Positions 9,220-19,669 of a DNA stretch of 64,000 nucleotides are shown in pieces (the stretch's first letter is position 1; each line of letters opens with the position of its first letter). The stretch lies in NCBI GenBank assembly GCA_012520175.1, contig JAAYOU010000041.1, positions 7,630 through 71,629 of the forward strand, read 5' to 3'. A program made the translations under genes and the position numbers. The DNA is from Bacteroidales bacterium. Its GTDB lineage: Bacteria; Bacteroidota; Bacteroidia; Bacteroidales; DTU049. A model generated the notes under the pieces. It ran no database searches, was not told where the DNA came from, and saw only the letters and a program-made list of their open reading frames with translations.

Positions 9220-11370
9220 TTACTTTCTAGCAGCAATCATAATTTCAAGCATCTTGATAGCTGCTTCAGAAATTACTGTGCCTGGTCCAAACACAGCCAC
9301 TGCTCCAGCTTTGAACAAAAAGTCATAGTCTTGTGGAGGAATAACTCCGCCTACAATCACCATAATATCTTCGCGTCCAAGTTTTTTCAGCTCTTCAATT
9401 ACTTGTGGCACCAATGTTTTATGTCCGGCAGCAAGACTTGACACACCGAGAACATGAACATCGTTTTCTACTGCCATACGAGCAGCTTCTGTTGGTGTTT
9501 GGAAAAGAGGACCAATGTCAACATCAAAACCGATGTCGGCATAGCCTGTAGCTACAACTTTTGCACCGCGGTCATGTCCGTCTTGTCCCATTTTAGCAAT
9601 AAGGATACGAGGACGGCGACCTTCTATTGCGGCAAATTCTGATGCCATCTCTGTAGCTTTTTTAAAAATTTCGCTTGATTGACTTTCTGATGAATACACG
9701 CCTGATATACTTCTTATAACAGCAGAATAACGTCCAAAAACTTTTTCCATTGCTGAGCTAATTTCGCCAAGAGTTGCTCTCTTTCTAGCAGCATCAACAG
9801 CAAGTTCTAGTAAATTACCCTGCCCGGTTTCACATGCTTTTGTTATATTTTCTAAAGATTTTTCTACTTCCGCTGCATTTCTTTTGGCTTTAATTTCTTT
9901 AAGCCTTTTGATTTGAGCTTCTCTAACAGCAGTATTGTCAACTTCTAGAGTTTCTATTGGGTCTTCTTTGTCAAGACGATATTTGTTCAGTCCAATTATA
10001 GTATCGAGTTTGCTGTCAATACGAGCTTGTTTTCTTGCAGCAGCTTCTTCTATTCTCATTTTTGGAATTCCTGTTTCAATAGCTTTTGCCATTCCGCCAA
10101 GTTCTTCCACTTCTTGAATGAGATTCCATGCGCTTTCAGCAAGTTTTGCTGTTAGATATTCAACATAATATGAGCCTGCCCATGGGTCAATTGCACGGCA
10201 AATATCAGTTTCTTCTTGAATAAAGATTTGAGTGTTTCGAGCTATACGTGCTGAAAAATCTGTTGGTAATGCAATTGCTTCATCAAGAGCGTTTGTGTGT
10301 AAGCTCTGTGTATGTCCTAATGCTGCTCCCATAGCTTCTATGGCTGTTCTTGCAACATTATTAAATGGGTCTTGCTCTGTAAGCGACCAACCCGATGTTT
10401 GAGAGTGTGTTCTCAATGCTAAAGACTTGTTGATTTTTGGATTGAATTGCTTTACAATTTTTGCCCACAACATACGAGCAGCTCTCATTTTTGCAATTTC
10501 CATAAAATGGTTCATTCCTATTCCCCAGAAAAAAGACAATCTTGGAGCAAACTTATCAACAGGAATGCCTGCTTTAATGCCTGTTCTTAAATATTCAAGA
10601 CCATCAGCTAAAGTATAAGCCATTTCAATATCTGCTGTAGCTCCCGCTTCTTGCATGTGATAACCACTGATTGAAATGCTATTGAATTTGGGCATAAATC
10701 TTGAAGTATATTCAAAAATATCTGCAATAATTTTCATTGATGGTGCTGGTGGATAGATGTAAGTGTTTCGCACCATAAATTCTTTTAAAATATCATTTTG
10801 TATAGTTCCCGCAAGCTGTTCTGGTGTCACTCCTTGCTCTTCTGCTGTAACAATATAAAACGCCATAACAGGAATTACAGCTCCATTCATAGTCATAGAA
10901 ACAGACACTTCTCCTAGCGGTATTTGGTCGAATAATATTTTCATATCCTCAACAGAATCTATTGCTACGCCTGCTTTTCCAACATCACCAAGAACTCGCT
11001 CGTTGTCGCTGTCATATCCTCTATGCGTTGCTAAGTCAAAAGCAACAGAAAGTCCTTTTTGTCCAGCAGCCATATTGCGTCTGTAAAACGCATTGGATTC
11101 TTCCGCTGTGCTAAATCCTGCATATTGTCTTATTGTCCATGGTCGCATCACGTACATTGTGCTATATGGTCCACGCAAAAATGGCGGCAAACCAGCAGCA
11201 TAGGACAAGTGCTCCATATTTAACAAGTCGTCTTCTCCAAAAGATTCTTTTATTTTTATTTTTTCGGGAGTGTCAATATTAAAATTAATATTGTTCTTTT
11301 TTTCCCACTCGCTATATGAGGTTTTATTTTTTATTTCTACGAGTTTAATATTTTTAAAATCTGGTCTCAT
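9220..11370 (-). CDS. mutB: Methylmalonyl-CoA mutase, large (catalytic, B12-binding) subunit
   Basis: 716 aa with [24 protein letters not shown] in the mutase barrel. The C-terminal cobalamin-binding domain carries [14 protein letters not shown] (DxHxxG). Confidence 0.93.
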   Translation of the reverse strand: MRPDFKNIKLVEIKNKTSYSEWEKKNNINFNIDTPEKIKIKESFGEDDLLNMEHLSYAAGLPPFLRGPYSTMYVMRPWTIRQYAGFSTAEESNAFYRRNMAAGQKGLSVAFDLATHRGYDSDNERVLGDVGKAGVAIDSVEDMKILFDQIPLGEVSVSMTMNGAVIPVMAFYIVTAEEQGVTPEQLAGTIQNDILKEFMVRNTYIYPPAPSMKIIADIFEYTSRFMPKFNSISISGYHMQEAGATADIEMAYTLADGLEYLRTGIKAGIPVDKFAPRLSFFWGIGMNHFMEIAKMRAARMLWAKIVKQFNPKINKSLALRTHSQTSGWSLTEQDPFNNVARTAIEAMGAALGHTQSLHTNALDEAIALPTDFSARIARNTQIFIQEETDICRAIDPWAGSYYVEYLTAKLAESAWNLIQEVEELGGMAKAIETGIPKMRIEEAAARKQARIDSKLDTIIGLNKYRLDKEDPIETLEVDNTAVREAQIKRLKEIKAKRNAAEVEKSLENITKACETGQGNLLELAVDAARKRATLGEISSAMEKVFGRYSAVIRSISGVYSSESQSSEIFKKATEMASEFAAIEGRRPRILIAKMGQDGHDRGAKVVATGYADIGFDVDIGPLFQTPTEAARMAVENDVHVLGVSSLAAGHKTLVPQVIEELKKLGREDIMVIVGGVIPPQDYDFLFKAGAVAVFGPGTVISEAAIKMLEIMIAARK

Positions 11371-11385
11371 GTGTCTTCCTTTCTT

Positions 11386-13236
11386 TTATTTAACAGATAA
11401 AACCTTTTGATAATCTTCTAGAGCATCAAGGGCTAATGTTCTAACGTGAATAAAGCTGTGTGCGCCATTTTCGCGGAACAATGTTTCGTTTTCGCCCGGA
11501 TTACCCGCTATTACAACAGGAATATTTGTTTGCTTCAATGCTTTTAAATATTCAATTCCTAGTGTTGTATATTCTTCATCACTGCTACAAAGAACAATGA
11601 TTCCAGGTTTTTCTTTCACAATTTCTTTCACACCCTCTTCTACTGAATTATCGTTTACAATAGAATTTATTTCATATCCAGCTATTCCAAAGAAATTTGT
11701 TGCAAAGATTGCTCTAGCATTTCTCATTGCTAGATTTCCAAATTGGCATAACAAAACAGCTGGTCTCTTGCTTCCTGCCTTAACAAAACTATCTGTTTGC
11801 AAGCGAATATTTTCAAAATTAGAAGCACCTCTTTTCATTTGAAGAGCATTGCCTTCTGTTTGTTTTTTGCTTAAAAAAGAATCTGGATTTTCAAAATGTT
11901 CTTTTGTGTTTGGATAATTATTTATGCCAACATAAACCATTTTTCTCATCGCAATATCTTTCTCTCTTTTAGCATTAGTTTTTTCTATTTCTGCTTTAAT
12001 CAGTCCTGACTCCATAGCTTTGCGGAAACCACCATTTTCTTCAATTGTTTGAAATTGTTTCCATGCAAAATCTGCTACTTTTTGTGTAAGCATTTCTATG
12101 TAATACGAACCTGCTGCTGGGTCTGCTACTTTGCCGAAATGTGATTCTTCTTTTAGCAACAACTGTGTGTTTCGAGCTATTCTATCACCAAATTCTGTTT
12201 CATTTCCTAACAAAAAGTCATGTGGCAAAATTGTAATTTCATCTGCTCCTCCTATAGATGCGGACATTGCCTCAGTTGTATTTCTAAGCATATTATTATA
12301 CAAATCATACAACGTTTTATTATAAAGAGAGGAAATTCCGTGTATTGTTGTTTTTTGAAGATTTATATCTTTTGTGTATTGCTCAACAATAGTTGCCCAC
12401 AAATGACGAGCCGCTCTAAATTTTGCAATTTCTAAGAAATATGATGGTCCTATGGAAAAAGTAAAGCGAATTTTCGGCAAAATTTCTTCAAGAGGAAGAT
12501 TTAAAGAAAGCATTTCCGTTAAATATTCATGTGCCGAAGCCATTGCAAAACCTAGTTCCTGTGTTACAGAAGCTCCAGCATTTGCAAAATGTTGCCCATT
12601 TATATTTAGCAATTTATAGTTTGGAAGCCTTTTTCCGAAATTTTGAATTAAGCATTTTAGCTCATTCATATTATCTTCGTGGCTATTGTAATACTCACCA
12701 TGAAGTAAATAATAGCCAAAGGAATCAAAGTTAAAGCTGCCTGCTAAATCTGCTGCATTATAATTTCTCTTTTTTGCTTCATTACAAATAAGTTCTGCCA
12801 AAACACTATAGCTATGATTCGAGTGGAAGTGTATTTGCTTTTTAGACAAATCTATGTTTTTAAGCAAGTTAGAAACATCTTCTTGTTTATCAGAAAAGCA
12901 TAGTTTAAAAGAAACTCCGTCTGCACCACGCTCTATCGCATTAATAGCAAATTCGTTTGCTTCTTTAATTTTTTCAGAATTTATTTGTTGTATAACTTTC
13001 CAATCATTCCCTTTGCTATTATATCCTCGAACAAAAGGAGGCTCGCCCGGGTGATTTGCTGGAGCAGCGTCGCCTACATCTTGCGACATGTAATATGGCT
13101 GAACAGAAAATCCGTCAATTGTTTTCCACACTAATTTTTTTTCGTAATCAGCTCCCTTGAGGTCTTCTTTTATCCGCTCTTCCCACTCATCCTTTGATAT
13201 TGGAGGAAATTCGCTAAATATTCTTTTTTCGCTCAT
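11386..13236 (-). CDS. mutA: Methylmalonyl-CoA mutase, small subunit
   Basis: A mutase-fold paralogue lying 15 nt upstream of mutB on the same strand. I place the start at MSEKRIFSEFPPISKDEWEERIKEDLKG because the FSEFPP...W opening is typical of MutA. The track ORF extends 7 codons further, to 13257. Confidence 0.88.
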   Translation of the reverse strand: MSEKRIFSEFPPISKDEWEERIKEDLKGADYEKKLVWKTIDGFSVQPYYMSQDVGDAAPANHPGEPPFVRGYNSKGNDWKVIQQINSEKIKEANEFAINAIERGADGVSFKLCFSDKQEDVSNLLKNIDLSKKQIHFHSNHSYSVLAELICNEAKKRNYNAADLAGSFNFDSFGYYLLHGEYYNSHEDNMNELKCLIQNFGKRLPNYKLLNINGQHFANAGASVTQELGFAMASAHEYLTEMLSLNLPLEEILPKIRFTFSIGPSYFLEIAKFRAARHLWATIVEQYTKDINLQKTTIHGISSLYNKTLYDLYNNMLRNTTEAMSASIGGADEITILPHDFLLGNETEFGDRIARNTQLLLKEESHFGKVADPAAGSYYIEMLTQKVADFAWKQFQTIEENGGFRKAMESGLIKAEIEKTNAKREKDIAMRKMVYVGINNYPNTKEHFENPDSFLSKKQTEGNALQMKRGASNFENIRLQTDSFVKAGSKRPAVLLCQFGNLAMRNARAIFATNFFGIAGYEINSIVNDNSVEEGVKEIVKEKPGIIVLCSSDEEYTTLGIEYLKALKQTNIPVVIAGNPGENETLFRENGAHSFIHVRTLALDALEDYQKVLSVK

Positions 13237-13398
13237 GTATCTACTGTTTTTTTGCAAAGTTAAGTTTTTTTAACACGTTTTCAACATTTTTTAAGGTTTT
13301 ATTGTTTTTTTATTAAAATTTATCATCTTGCTTTTCAATTTTAAATATTTACGATATTTGTAAAAGATTTTATTTTTTACTAAAAATATTTTTTACAT

Positions 13399-15606
13399 AT
13401 GAATTGGTCTTTTCTAAAAAAAATCCGTTTAAAAAAATGGCATAAAATCGTTGGTATAATAGTGTTGTTTTTTATTTTAGTTTTAATTTTATTACCAAGC
13501 ATTGCAAAATGGTATATCAACAAATATGGCGAAAACCTCATTGGCAGAAAAGTCCATATAGAAAAATTATCTGTAAATTATTTCAGATGTAGCGTTGATA
13601 TTAGGGATTTTACGCTATATGAACAAAACAAAACAGAATCTTTTGTGAGTTTTGATAGGCTTTACGTGAATTTTGCTCCGTGGCATTTGTTTAAAAGAGA
13701 ATACGCTTTCACAGAAATCTCGCTTGAAAAGCCAATTGTTTCGCTTAAATACAATGATGGAACCTTTAATTTTGACGACCTCATTTCCTCTAGCGACACA
13801 ACAGAAGAAGAAGAACCCGAAGACACAACATCAAGCTCTGTTCGCTATTTGATTAGAAATTTAAACATAAAAGACGGCTATTTAAAATATGAAGATGTAA
13901 ATGCAAGCAGCATTACAGAGCTTAATTCGCTAAATATCTCTATTCCAGAAATTGCATGGGACAACAGCCAGTCGGAAATGGGAATTAATTTCATTCTTGG
14001 AGAAAAAGGAAAAGTGGCTTTAGATGGTAATATCAATCAAGCTAATGAAAAATACTTTGTTCATGCTAAAACTGAAAATATTGACATTTCTCCTTTTATA
14101 AACTATGTGAAACCATATCTTGCAATAAGCACTTTGCAAGGCTGGCTCTATTCTGATGTATATCTAGATGGCTCTATGAGCGAGCCTATGAAAATTAAAT
14201 TTTCTGGAGAAGCTGGAATTAAAGACACAGAGCTAAAAGACAACAATAACAATCATTTCTTTTCCGCAAAAGATTTATATATAAAGCTAGATTCCTTAGA
14301 TATTGAAAAAGAAAATTATTGCATAAATACTGTAAAACTTTTAGACCCCGCTCTAACACTCAGCATTGATAAAAACAGCAATACTTTTGACAGAATTCTT
14401 GAGCCATATTATTCTGACACTCTTGATGTTGCGGCTGACACAACTAGCTCTCCGTCTAATTTACATTATTCTATTCAAAATATTATTGTAAATAATTTTA
14501 GTCTTGCCTTTTCTGATTTATCGCTAAATCGCCCATTTAACTATGACATTACAAAGATGAACATAAATATGACTGGATATAGCGATGTTGCTTCTGTTGT
14601 AAAAGTAGATTACGACATGGTTTTAAATGGCTCAGGAACTTTTTCTGGGTCAGGAGAAATAAATCCGTCTGATTTTAAAAATATAAATATTAATGGCGCT
14701 ATTAAAAACTTAAATATGGTAGATTTGTCGCCATATTCAGAATATTATATTGCTCGCCCTGTTACAAAAGGTAGCTTTAATTACGATTTTACATTAAAAA
14801 TGACTCCTACTGTCTTGAGCAATCAAAATAAAATTAAAATAGTGAATTTAGAAACAGGTAAAAAAACCAAAGACACCACTGCATATAGAGTTCCTGTTGG
14901 TTTAGCTTTGTATGTTTTAAAAGACAGAAACGGCATCATAGGATTTGATTTACCTGTATCGGGCAATCCGTCTAATCCTTCGTTTAAGTTAGGAAAAATT
15001 ATTTGGAAAACATTGGAAGAGTTTTTAATAAAAACAGCAACTGCACCATTCGTTGCTATTGGCAATATGTTTGGTTTAAACCCTGAAAGCATAAAGCAAA
15101 TTCCTTTTGAACATTTACAAGACAGCATGGAATCTGCACAAAAAGCAAACTTAGATAAAATTGCTGAAATAATTACTCAAAAACCTGAGTTAATCTTTGT
15201 TTTCACTCAAACCACAGATGCTGAAACAGAGGAACAAATGCTAATAGTACAAGAAGCAAAAAGAATGTTTGTGATTGAAACGATGGGTGCAAACACAGAC
15301 TCAATAACTATTAAAAATGTTTCAAAAAGCATAAGAGATAATAATCAAGATTTCAATCTATGGCTTGGTTTTGCAGATTCATCAACAACAAAAGACCTTA
15401 CTGCTTTATGTATAAATAAAATCGGAAGCGAGCGAGCTAAAAGTTTGCTACCGAATTTAATGCAAAAACGAGAGGCTTCTTTGCGGAAATACTTGATAGA
15501 AAAAGGTGTTTCAGCAAACTCAATGCAATTTAAAACTGTTGATTTACGCAACCTGCCAGCAGACCTTAAAAAGCCTATGTTTTCTACGGAAATTACGATG
15601 TATTAA
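13399..15606 (+). CDS. DUF748 domain-containing (AsmA-like) membrane-anchored protein
   Basis: 735 aa with a single N-terminal TM (IVGIIVLFFILVLILLP). Repeated segments follow of the type ...IEKLSVNYFRCSVDIRDFTLYE..., typical of DUF748/AsmA-like proteins. Confidence 0.65.
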   Translation: MNWSFLKKIRLKKWHKIVGIIVLFFILVLILLPSIAKWYINKYGENLIGRKVHIEKLSVNYFRCSVDIRDFTLYEQNKTESFVSFDRLYVNFAPWHLFKREYAFTEISLEKPIVSLKYNDGTFNFDDLISSSDTTEEEEPEDTTSSSVRYLIRNLNIKDGYLKYEDVNASSITELNSLNISIPEIAWDNSQSEMGINFILGEKGKVALDGNINQANEKYFVHAKTENIDISPFINYVKPYLAISTLQGWLYSDVYLDGSMSEPMKIKFSGEAGIKDTELKDNNNNHFFSAKDLYIKLDSLDIEKENYCINTVKLLDPALTLSIDKNSNTFDRILEPYYSDTLDVAADTTSSPSNLHYSIQNIIVNNFSLAFSDLSLNRPFNYDITKMNINMTGYSDVASVVKVDYDMVLNGSGTFSGSGEINPSDFKNININGAIKNLNMVDLSPYSEYYIARPVTKGSFNYDFTLKMTPTVLSNQNKIKIVNLETGKKTKDTTAYRVPVGLALYVLKDRNGIIGFDLPVSGNPSNPSFKLGKIIWKTLEEFLIKTATAPFVAIGNMFGLNPESIKQIPFEHLQDSMESAQKANLDKIAEIITQKPELIFVFTQTTDAETEEQMLIVQEAKRMFVIETMGANTDSITIKNVSKSIRDNNQDFNLWLGFADSSTTKDLTALCINKIGSERAKSLLPNLMQKREASLRKYLIEKGVSANSMQFKTVDLRNLPADLKKPMFSTEITMY

Positions 15607-15642
15607 AAAAACCTAATTTTGTATAATTTTAAATATAAAAAA

Positions 15643-16629
15643 ATGAAACTTTGTATTGTTGGCATAACAGGATTAGTTGGTAGCGAAATTATTCAAGTGC
15701 TAAATGATTTTAATTTACCTGTTGATGAATATTTTTTAGCTGCATCAGAACGCTCTGTTGGAAAAGAAATTATTATCAAAAACAAAAAACACACTGTTAT
15801 TAGTCTTTCTGAGGCTTTGAGCAAAGCTCCAGACATTGCAATATTTTCTGCCGGCTCTGAGGTTTCAAAGCAATGGGCTCCTGCTTTTGCAGAAAAAGGT
15901 TGCTTTGTTGTGGACAACAGTTCCCAATGGCGCATGAACGCTGATGTTCCGTTAGTTGTGCCAGAAATAAATGCTGACGCTATAAATAAAAACACAAAAA
16001 TAATTGCAAATCCTAATTGTTCTACAATACAGCTTGTAATGATTTTGAGCTGCCTACACAAAGCCTATTCTATTAAAAGAATTGTAATTTCCACATATCA
16101 AAGCGTTAGTGGCACCGGAGTGAATGCTCTTGAACAGCTTATGAGCGAAAGAAATGGCGTTGAAGCAAAAATGGTTTATCCTTATCCAATAGACCTTAAT
16201 TGTTTTCCTCATGGTGGCGACTTTCTAGAAAATGGCTATACAACAGAAGAAAAAAAATTAATTGAGGAAACTCGCAAAATTTTAAAGTCTCCTAACATGA
16301 AAGTTTCTCCAACTGTTGTTAGAATTCCTGTAATTGGCGGACACAGCGAAGCTGTAAATATTGAATTTGAAAAGCCTTATGAAATATCCGACATCTTTTC
16401 TCTTTTAAACAATGCTCCCGGCGTTGTTGTTCAAGATAATCCAGAAAAAAATATCTATCCTATGCCTCTTTACGCTAAGGGAAAAAATGAAGTGTTTGTT
16501 GGAAGAATAAGAAGAGATGACAGCGTTCCAAATGGGCTAAACCTTTGGATTGTTGCAGACAACTTACGAAAAGGTGCTGCTACAAACGCTGTGCAAATTG
16601 CAGAATACGTTCAAAGAATTTGTTTATAA
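15643..16629 (+). CDS. asd: Aspartate-semialdehyde dehydrogenase
   Basis: MKLCIVGITGLVGSE (NAD(P) fold) and the active-site motif ANPNCSTIQLV. The track ORF starts 8 codons earlier, at 15619. I prefer the canonical MK...VG start. Confidence 0.92.
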   Translation: MKLCIVGITGLVGSEIIQVLNDFNLPVDEYFLAASERSVGKEIIIKNKKHTVISLSEALSKAPDIAIFSAGSEVSKQWAPAFAEKGCFVVDNSSQWRMNADVPLVVPEINADAINKNTKIIANPNCSTIQLVMILSCLHKAYSIKRIVISTYQSVSGTGVNALEQLMSERNGVEAKMVYPYPIDLNCFPHGGDFLENGYTTEEKKLIEETRKILKSPNMKVSPTVVRIPVIGGHSEAVNIEFEKPYEISDIFSLLNNAPGVVVQDNPEKNIYPMPLYAKGKNEVFVGRIRRDDSVPNGLNLWIVADNLRKGAATNAVQIAEYVQRICL

Positions 16630-16639
16630 ACCGTTTTGC

Positions 16640-18121
16640 TTAAAAAGCTATTTTGTTTATAAAATAAACTTTTCTTTTTCCATCTTCGCCTTTTATAACT
16701 TGGCTTCCGTAGCCTAAAAAATAGTTTTTAAACCAATAGTTTACATTAGAAAATGTCCTTTTTACTTTTTCATTTTCATTGCCACTGCCTTGTAGTTCCC
16801 ATTTTTCATCATAAATCACTCTTCCACTAAATTCTATTTTTTTAGACACGAGATAATTTCTAGATGTATAAGCCATTCCAATATTTGACGCTGTTCTTTC
16901 TGAAATTGTAACAAATTTTTTAGGTGTAAATGGCTTGTATCCTGGGGAAAGCTCAAAGCACACATCCCATTGCAACATTCCGTCTTTAGAAAATTTACAA
17001 ACTGTTGCATGGGTGTATTGATAACCGTCAAAAACCATCCTGTATTGTGTTACAGGAACACCATTTACGTATACGATATATGGTTCGGAGCGGTATGTAG
17101 GATAATACGCTTCGCCAATAAAAATATATCCATCATTAAGTGTGATTACATCATGGCTTTCAATGTAATAACTAAAAGACAATTCCTTTCCTTTTGCTTC
17201 TTTCTTTTCTTTCTTTTTTTCAATCCTTTCCTGCTTTCTTTCCGGCAAATACGACAAAAAGTCTTTCAAATCCAAAAAATTATAATATCGAATGTATTCT
17301 ATTTGATTATTTTCTATTTTACCAAAAAACAAACCCTCTGATAATGAGCCTTTTTTAGAATATGTGCCTGTAATTATTAGCGTGTTATCATCTTGTCGGT
17401 AACTAGAAACAGAAATAATATTGTTTTCATTTACTGATGATATTTTTATTGCTTTTTGAATTTTTTCATTTTTATCTATAACTGAATAATATGCTTCACT
17501 ACTTTGTTTGCTAATGTTTACATTAGAAAGGATTATTATTTCTTCTGTTTCTTCCAGCAATTGGAAGTTTTTTATTTCTGTTTTTTTAGGACTATATGCT
17601 CCTATGTTTAATGGAATAACACCTCCTTTTCCCGATGCAATATCTACTTTATAAAGAACTGGAGCCTTTTTTATTTTTGTTAAAAAATATGCTTTACTTC
17701 CCAAAACTTTCATATCAGTGAATTTTGCTTTACTTGGGATACTTCCTTCATATTTAGAAATTTCTAAATTTTTAAAATTAATGGCAATAATGAGAAAATC
17801 CTTTTTATTTTTATACGATTTGTAAATGTAATCATCATTATAATATAATTCGTCAAAACTCATTCCTCTCGGAATTAAAACAGTTTCTGTTTTTATATTT
17901 TCAAAATTTTCATTATACAAATCGTATTTTATCTCCTCCTGCCCTTCTACTTTGCCATCTTTAACGGATTCTAAAATAAAAAACCCGTTTCTTGATTCGT
18001 AAATTACTTCTTTAGAATAACCGTTTCTTAGATTAATTTCAATACGTTTTTCGTAGGAAATTTGCGCCTTTGCTCCTACAAATAAAAATAATACAATTGC
18101 TGTGGTTAATATTGTTTTCAT
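16640..18121 (-). CDS. Hypothetical secreted protein
   Basis: 493-aa ORF with a signal peptide (AIVLFLFVGAKAQ) and a Lys/Glu-rich insert (ERKQERIEKKKEKKEAKGKE). I recognise no family. Confidence 0.6.
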   Translation of the reverse strand: MKTILTTAIVLFLFVGAKAQISYEKRIEINLRNGYSKEVIYESRNGFFILESVKDGKVEGQEEIKYDLYNENFENIKTETVLIPRGMSFDELYYNDDYIYKSYKNKKDFLIIAINFKNLEISKYEGSIPSKAKFTDMKVLGSKAYFLTKIKKAPVLYKVDIASGKGGVIPLNIGAYSPKKTEIKNFQLLEETEEIIILSNVNISKQSSEAYYSVIDKNEKIQKAIKISSVNENNIISVSSYRQDDNTLIITGTYSKKGSLSEGLFFGKIENNQIEYIRYYNFLDLKDFLSYLPERKQERIEKKKEKKEAKGKELSFSYYIESHDVITLNDGYIFIGEAYYPTYRSEPYIVYVNGVPVTQYRMVFDGYQYTHATVCKFSKDGMLQWDVCFELSPGYKPFTPKKFVTISERTASNIGMAYTSRNYLVSKKIEFSGRVIYDEKWELQGSGNENEKVKRTFSNVNYWFKNYFLGYGSQVIKGEDGKRKVYFINKIAF

Positions 18122-18146
18122 ATTTTTAAATTTTTTTCAAATATAA

Positions 18147-19514
18147 TTATTTAAAGATTTGCTTTAAAATTTTCTTTTTATTTTTTGAATATGGAGAATA
18201 TTTTATTGGTGGTTCTCCACAAAATGGCTTTGACATTATGCTTTTGTAATGCGAAAATGTTATAAATCCATTTTTACCATGATAGCTGCCTATTCCGCTA
18301 TTCCCAACTCCGCCAAAAGGAAGATTTGGATTTGAAATGTGCATGATTGTGTCGTTTATCATTCCTCCGCCAAAAGATATTTCTTGTAATATTTTATTTT
18401 GATTTTTTTTGCTTTTTGTAAAAACATAGCATGCAAGCGGTTTTTGCCCGCTTTTTATTTTTTCAATAATTTCATTCAAATCATTAAATTTTAAAACCGG
18501 GAGAATTGGTCCAAAAATTTCCTCTTGCATTACTGGATGCGAAAAATCTAAATCTGTAAGGATTGTTGGGTTAATAAATCTCGCTTCAGCATTAGTTTCT
18601 CCGCCAAAGAAAACGTTTTTTTCTTCAATAAATTTTTTGAGCCTGTTATAGTTTTTTTCATTGATTATTTGCACATAATTTTTGTTTTCAAAGGCGTAAT
18701 CAAACTTAATGATATACTTTTTCAATGCTTGTAAAAAATCAGAATATATGCTTTCGTGTACAAGCACATAATCTGGAGCTATGCAAGTTTGACCGGCATT
18801 TAAAAATTTTCCCCAAACAATACGTTTTGCTGTTTTGTCAATATTTGTGTCTTTAAAAACAATGGCGGGACTTTTCCCTCCAAGTTCTAGCGTTGCGGGA
18901 GTAAGATTTTTTGCTGCCGCTTCATAAACTATTTTTCCAACAGAAGCACTTCCTGTAAAAAATATCTTATCAAATTTTTGTTTTAACAAAGCGGTTGTTT
19001 CTGGCACTCCGCCTTCAATTGCACAAAATACTTCTGGAGGAAAATTTTTATTTATTAATTCTGCTATTATTGCCGATGTGTTTTTTGCAATTTCGCTTGG
19101 TTTTAAAATTACTGTGTTCCCTGCTGCTAAAGCCGCAATTGCAGGATCTAGCGTTAACAAATAAGGATAATTCCAAGCTCCAATAATTAGGCAAACGCCG
19201 CGTGGCTCTGCTTGAATATATGATTTCGCCGGAAAATTTATCAGATTTGTAGGAACTCGCTTTCGCCTACTCCATTTTGATACCTTTTTTAGGTACAAAT
19301 CAATGTTTTTATATAAAAAAGCCTGTTCTGTTATGTATGTTTCTATTTCTGATTTTTTAAAATCCTCATATATTGCAGCATATAATTGCTTTTCGTTGTT
19401 TTTAAGAATTGTTTTTAACTTTTTTAATTGTTCTTTTCTAAACGAAATCTTTTTTGTTTCATTTTTTTTATAAAATTCCCTTTGCTTTTCTATTATTTCA
19501 ATATAATTATCCAT
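18147..19514 (-). CDS. NAD(P)-dependent aldehyde dehydrogenase (ALDH3-like)
   Basis: 455 aa with the catalytic Glu motif LELGGKSP and the catalytic Cys motif NAGQTCIAPDY. Confidence 0.88.
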   Translation of the reverse strand: MDNYIEIIEKQREFYKKNETKKISFRKEQLKKLKTILKNNEKQLYAAIYEDFKKSEIETYITEQAFLYKNIDLYLKKVSKWSRRKRVPTNLINFPAKSYIQAEPRGVCLIIGAWNYPYLLTLDPAIAALAAGNTVILKPSEIAKNTSAIIAELINKNFPPEVFCAIEGGVPETTALLKQKFDKIFFTGSASVGKIVYEAAAKNLTPATLELGGKSPAIVFKDTNIDKTAKRIVWGKFLNAGQTCIAPDYVLVHESIYSDFLQALKKYIIKFDYAFENKNYVQIINEKNYNRLKKFIEEKNVFFGGETNAEARFINPTILTDLDFSHPVMQEEIFGPILPVLKFNDLNEIIEKIKSGQKPLACYVFTKSKKNQNKILQEISFGGGMINDTIMHISNPNLPFGGVGNSGIGSYHGKNGFITFSHYKSIMSKPFCGEPPIKYSPYSKNKKKILKQIFK

Positions 19515-19531
19515 TACAAATGAAATATTTT

Positions 19532-19669
19532 TTATTTTTCATCATTGTCGCTATATGAATCAGGTTCTTGTTTTGGCTTTGTTTTTAAAACCTTAATGAA
19601 AAAATAAACCGCTACAGCCGTAATGGTTATATTTGTTATTAACATCATACAAAGGGCACTACTATTCAT
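19532..19669 (-). CDS. MetS-like small subunit of the NSS transporter
   Basis: Starting at the internal Met gives 45 aa: MNSSALCMMLITNITITAVAVYFFIKVLKTKPKQEPDSYSDNDEK. That is one TM helix with a charged tail. Its ATG overlaps the transporter stop within ATGAATAG (19662-19669). The track ORF extends upstream to 19720, inside the transporter gene. Confidence 0.6.
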   Translation of the reverse strand: MNSSALCMMLITNITITAVAVYFFIKVLKTKPKQEPDSYSDNDEK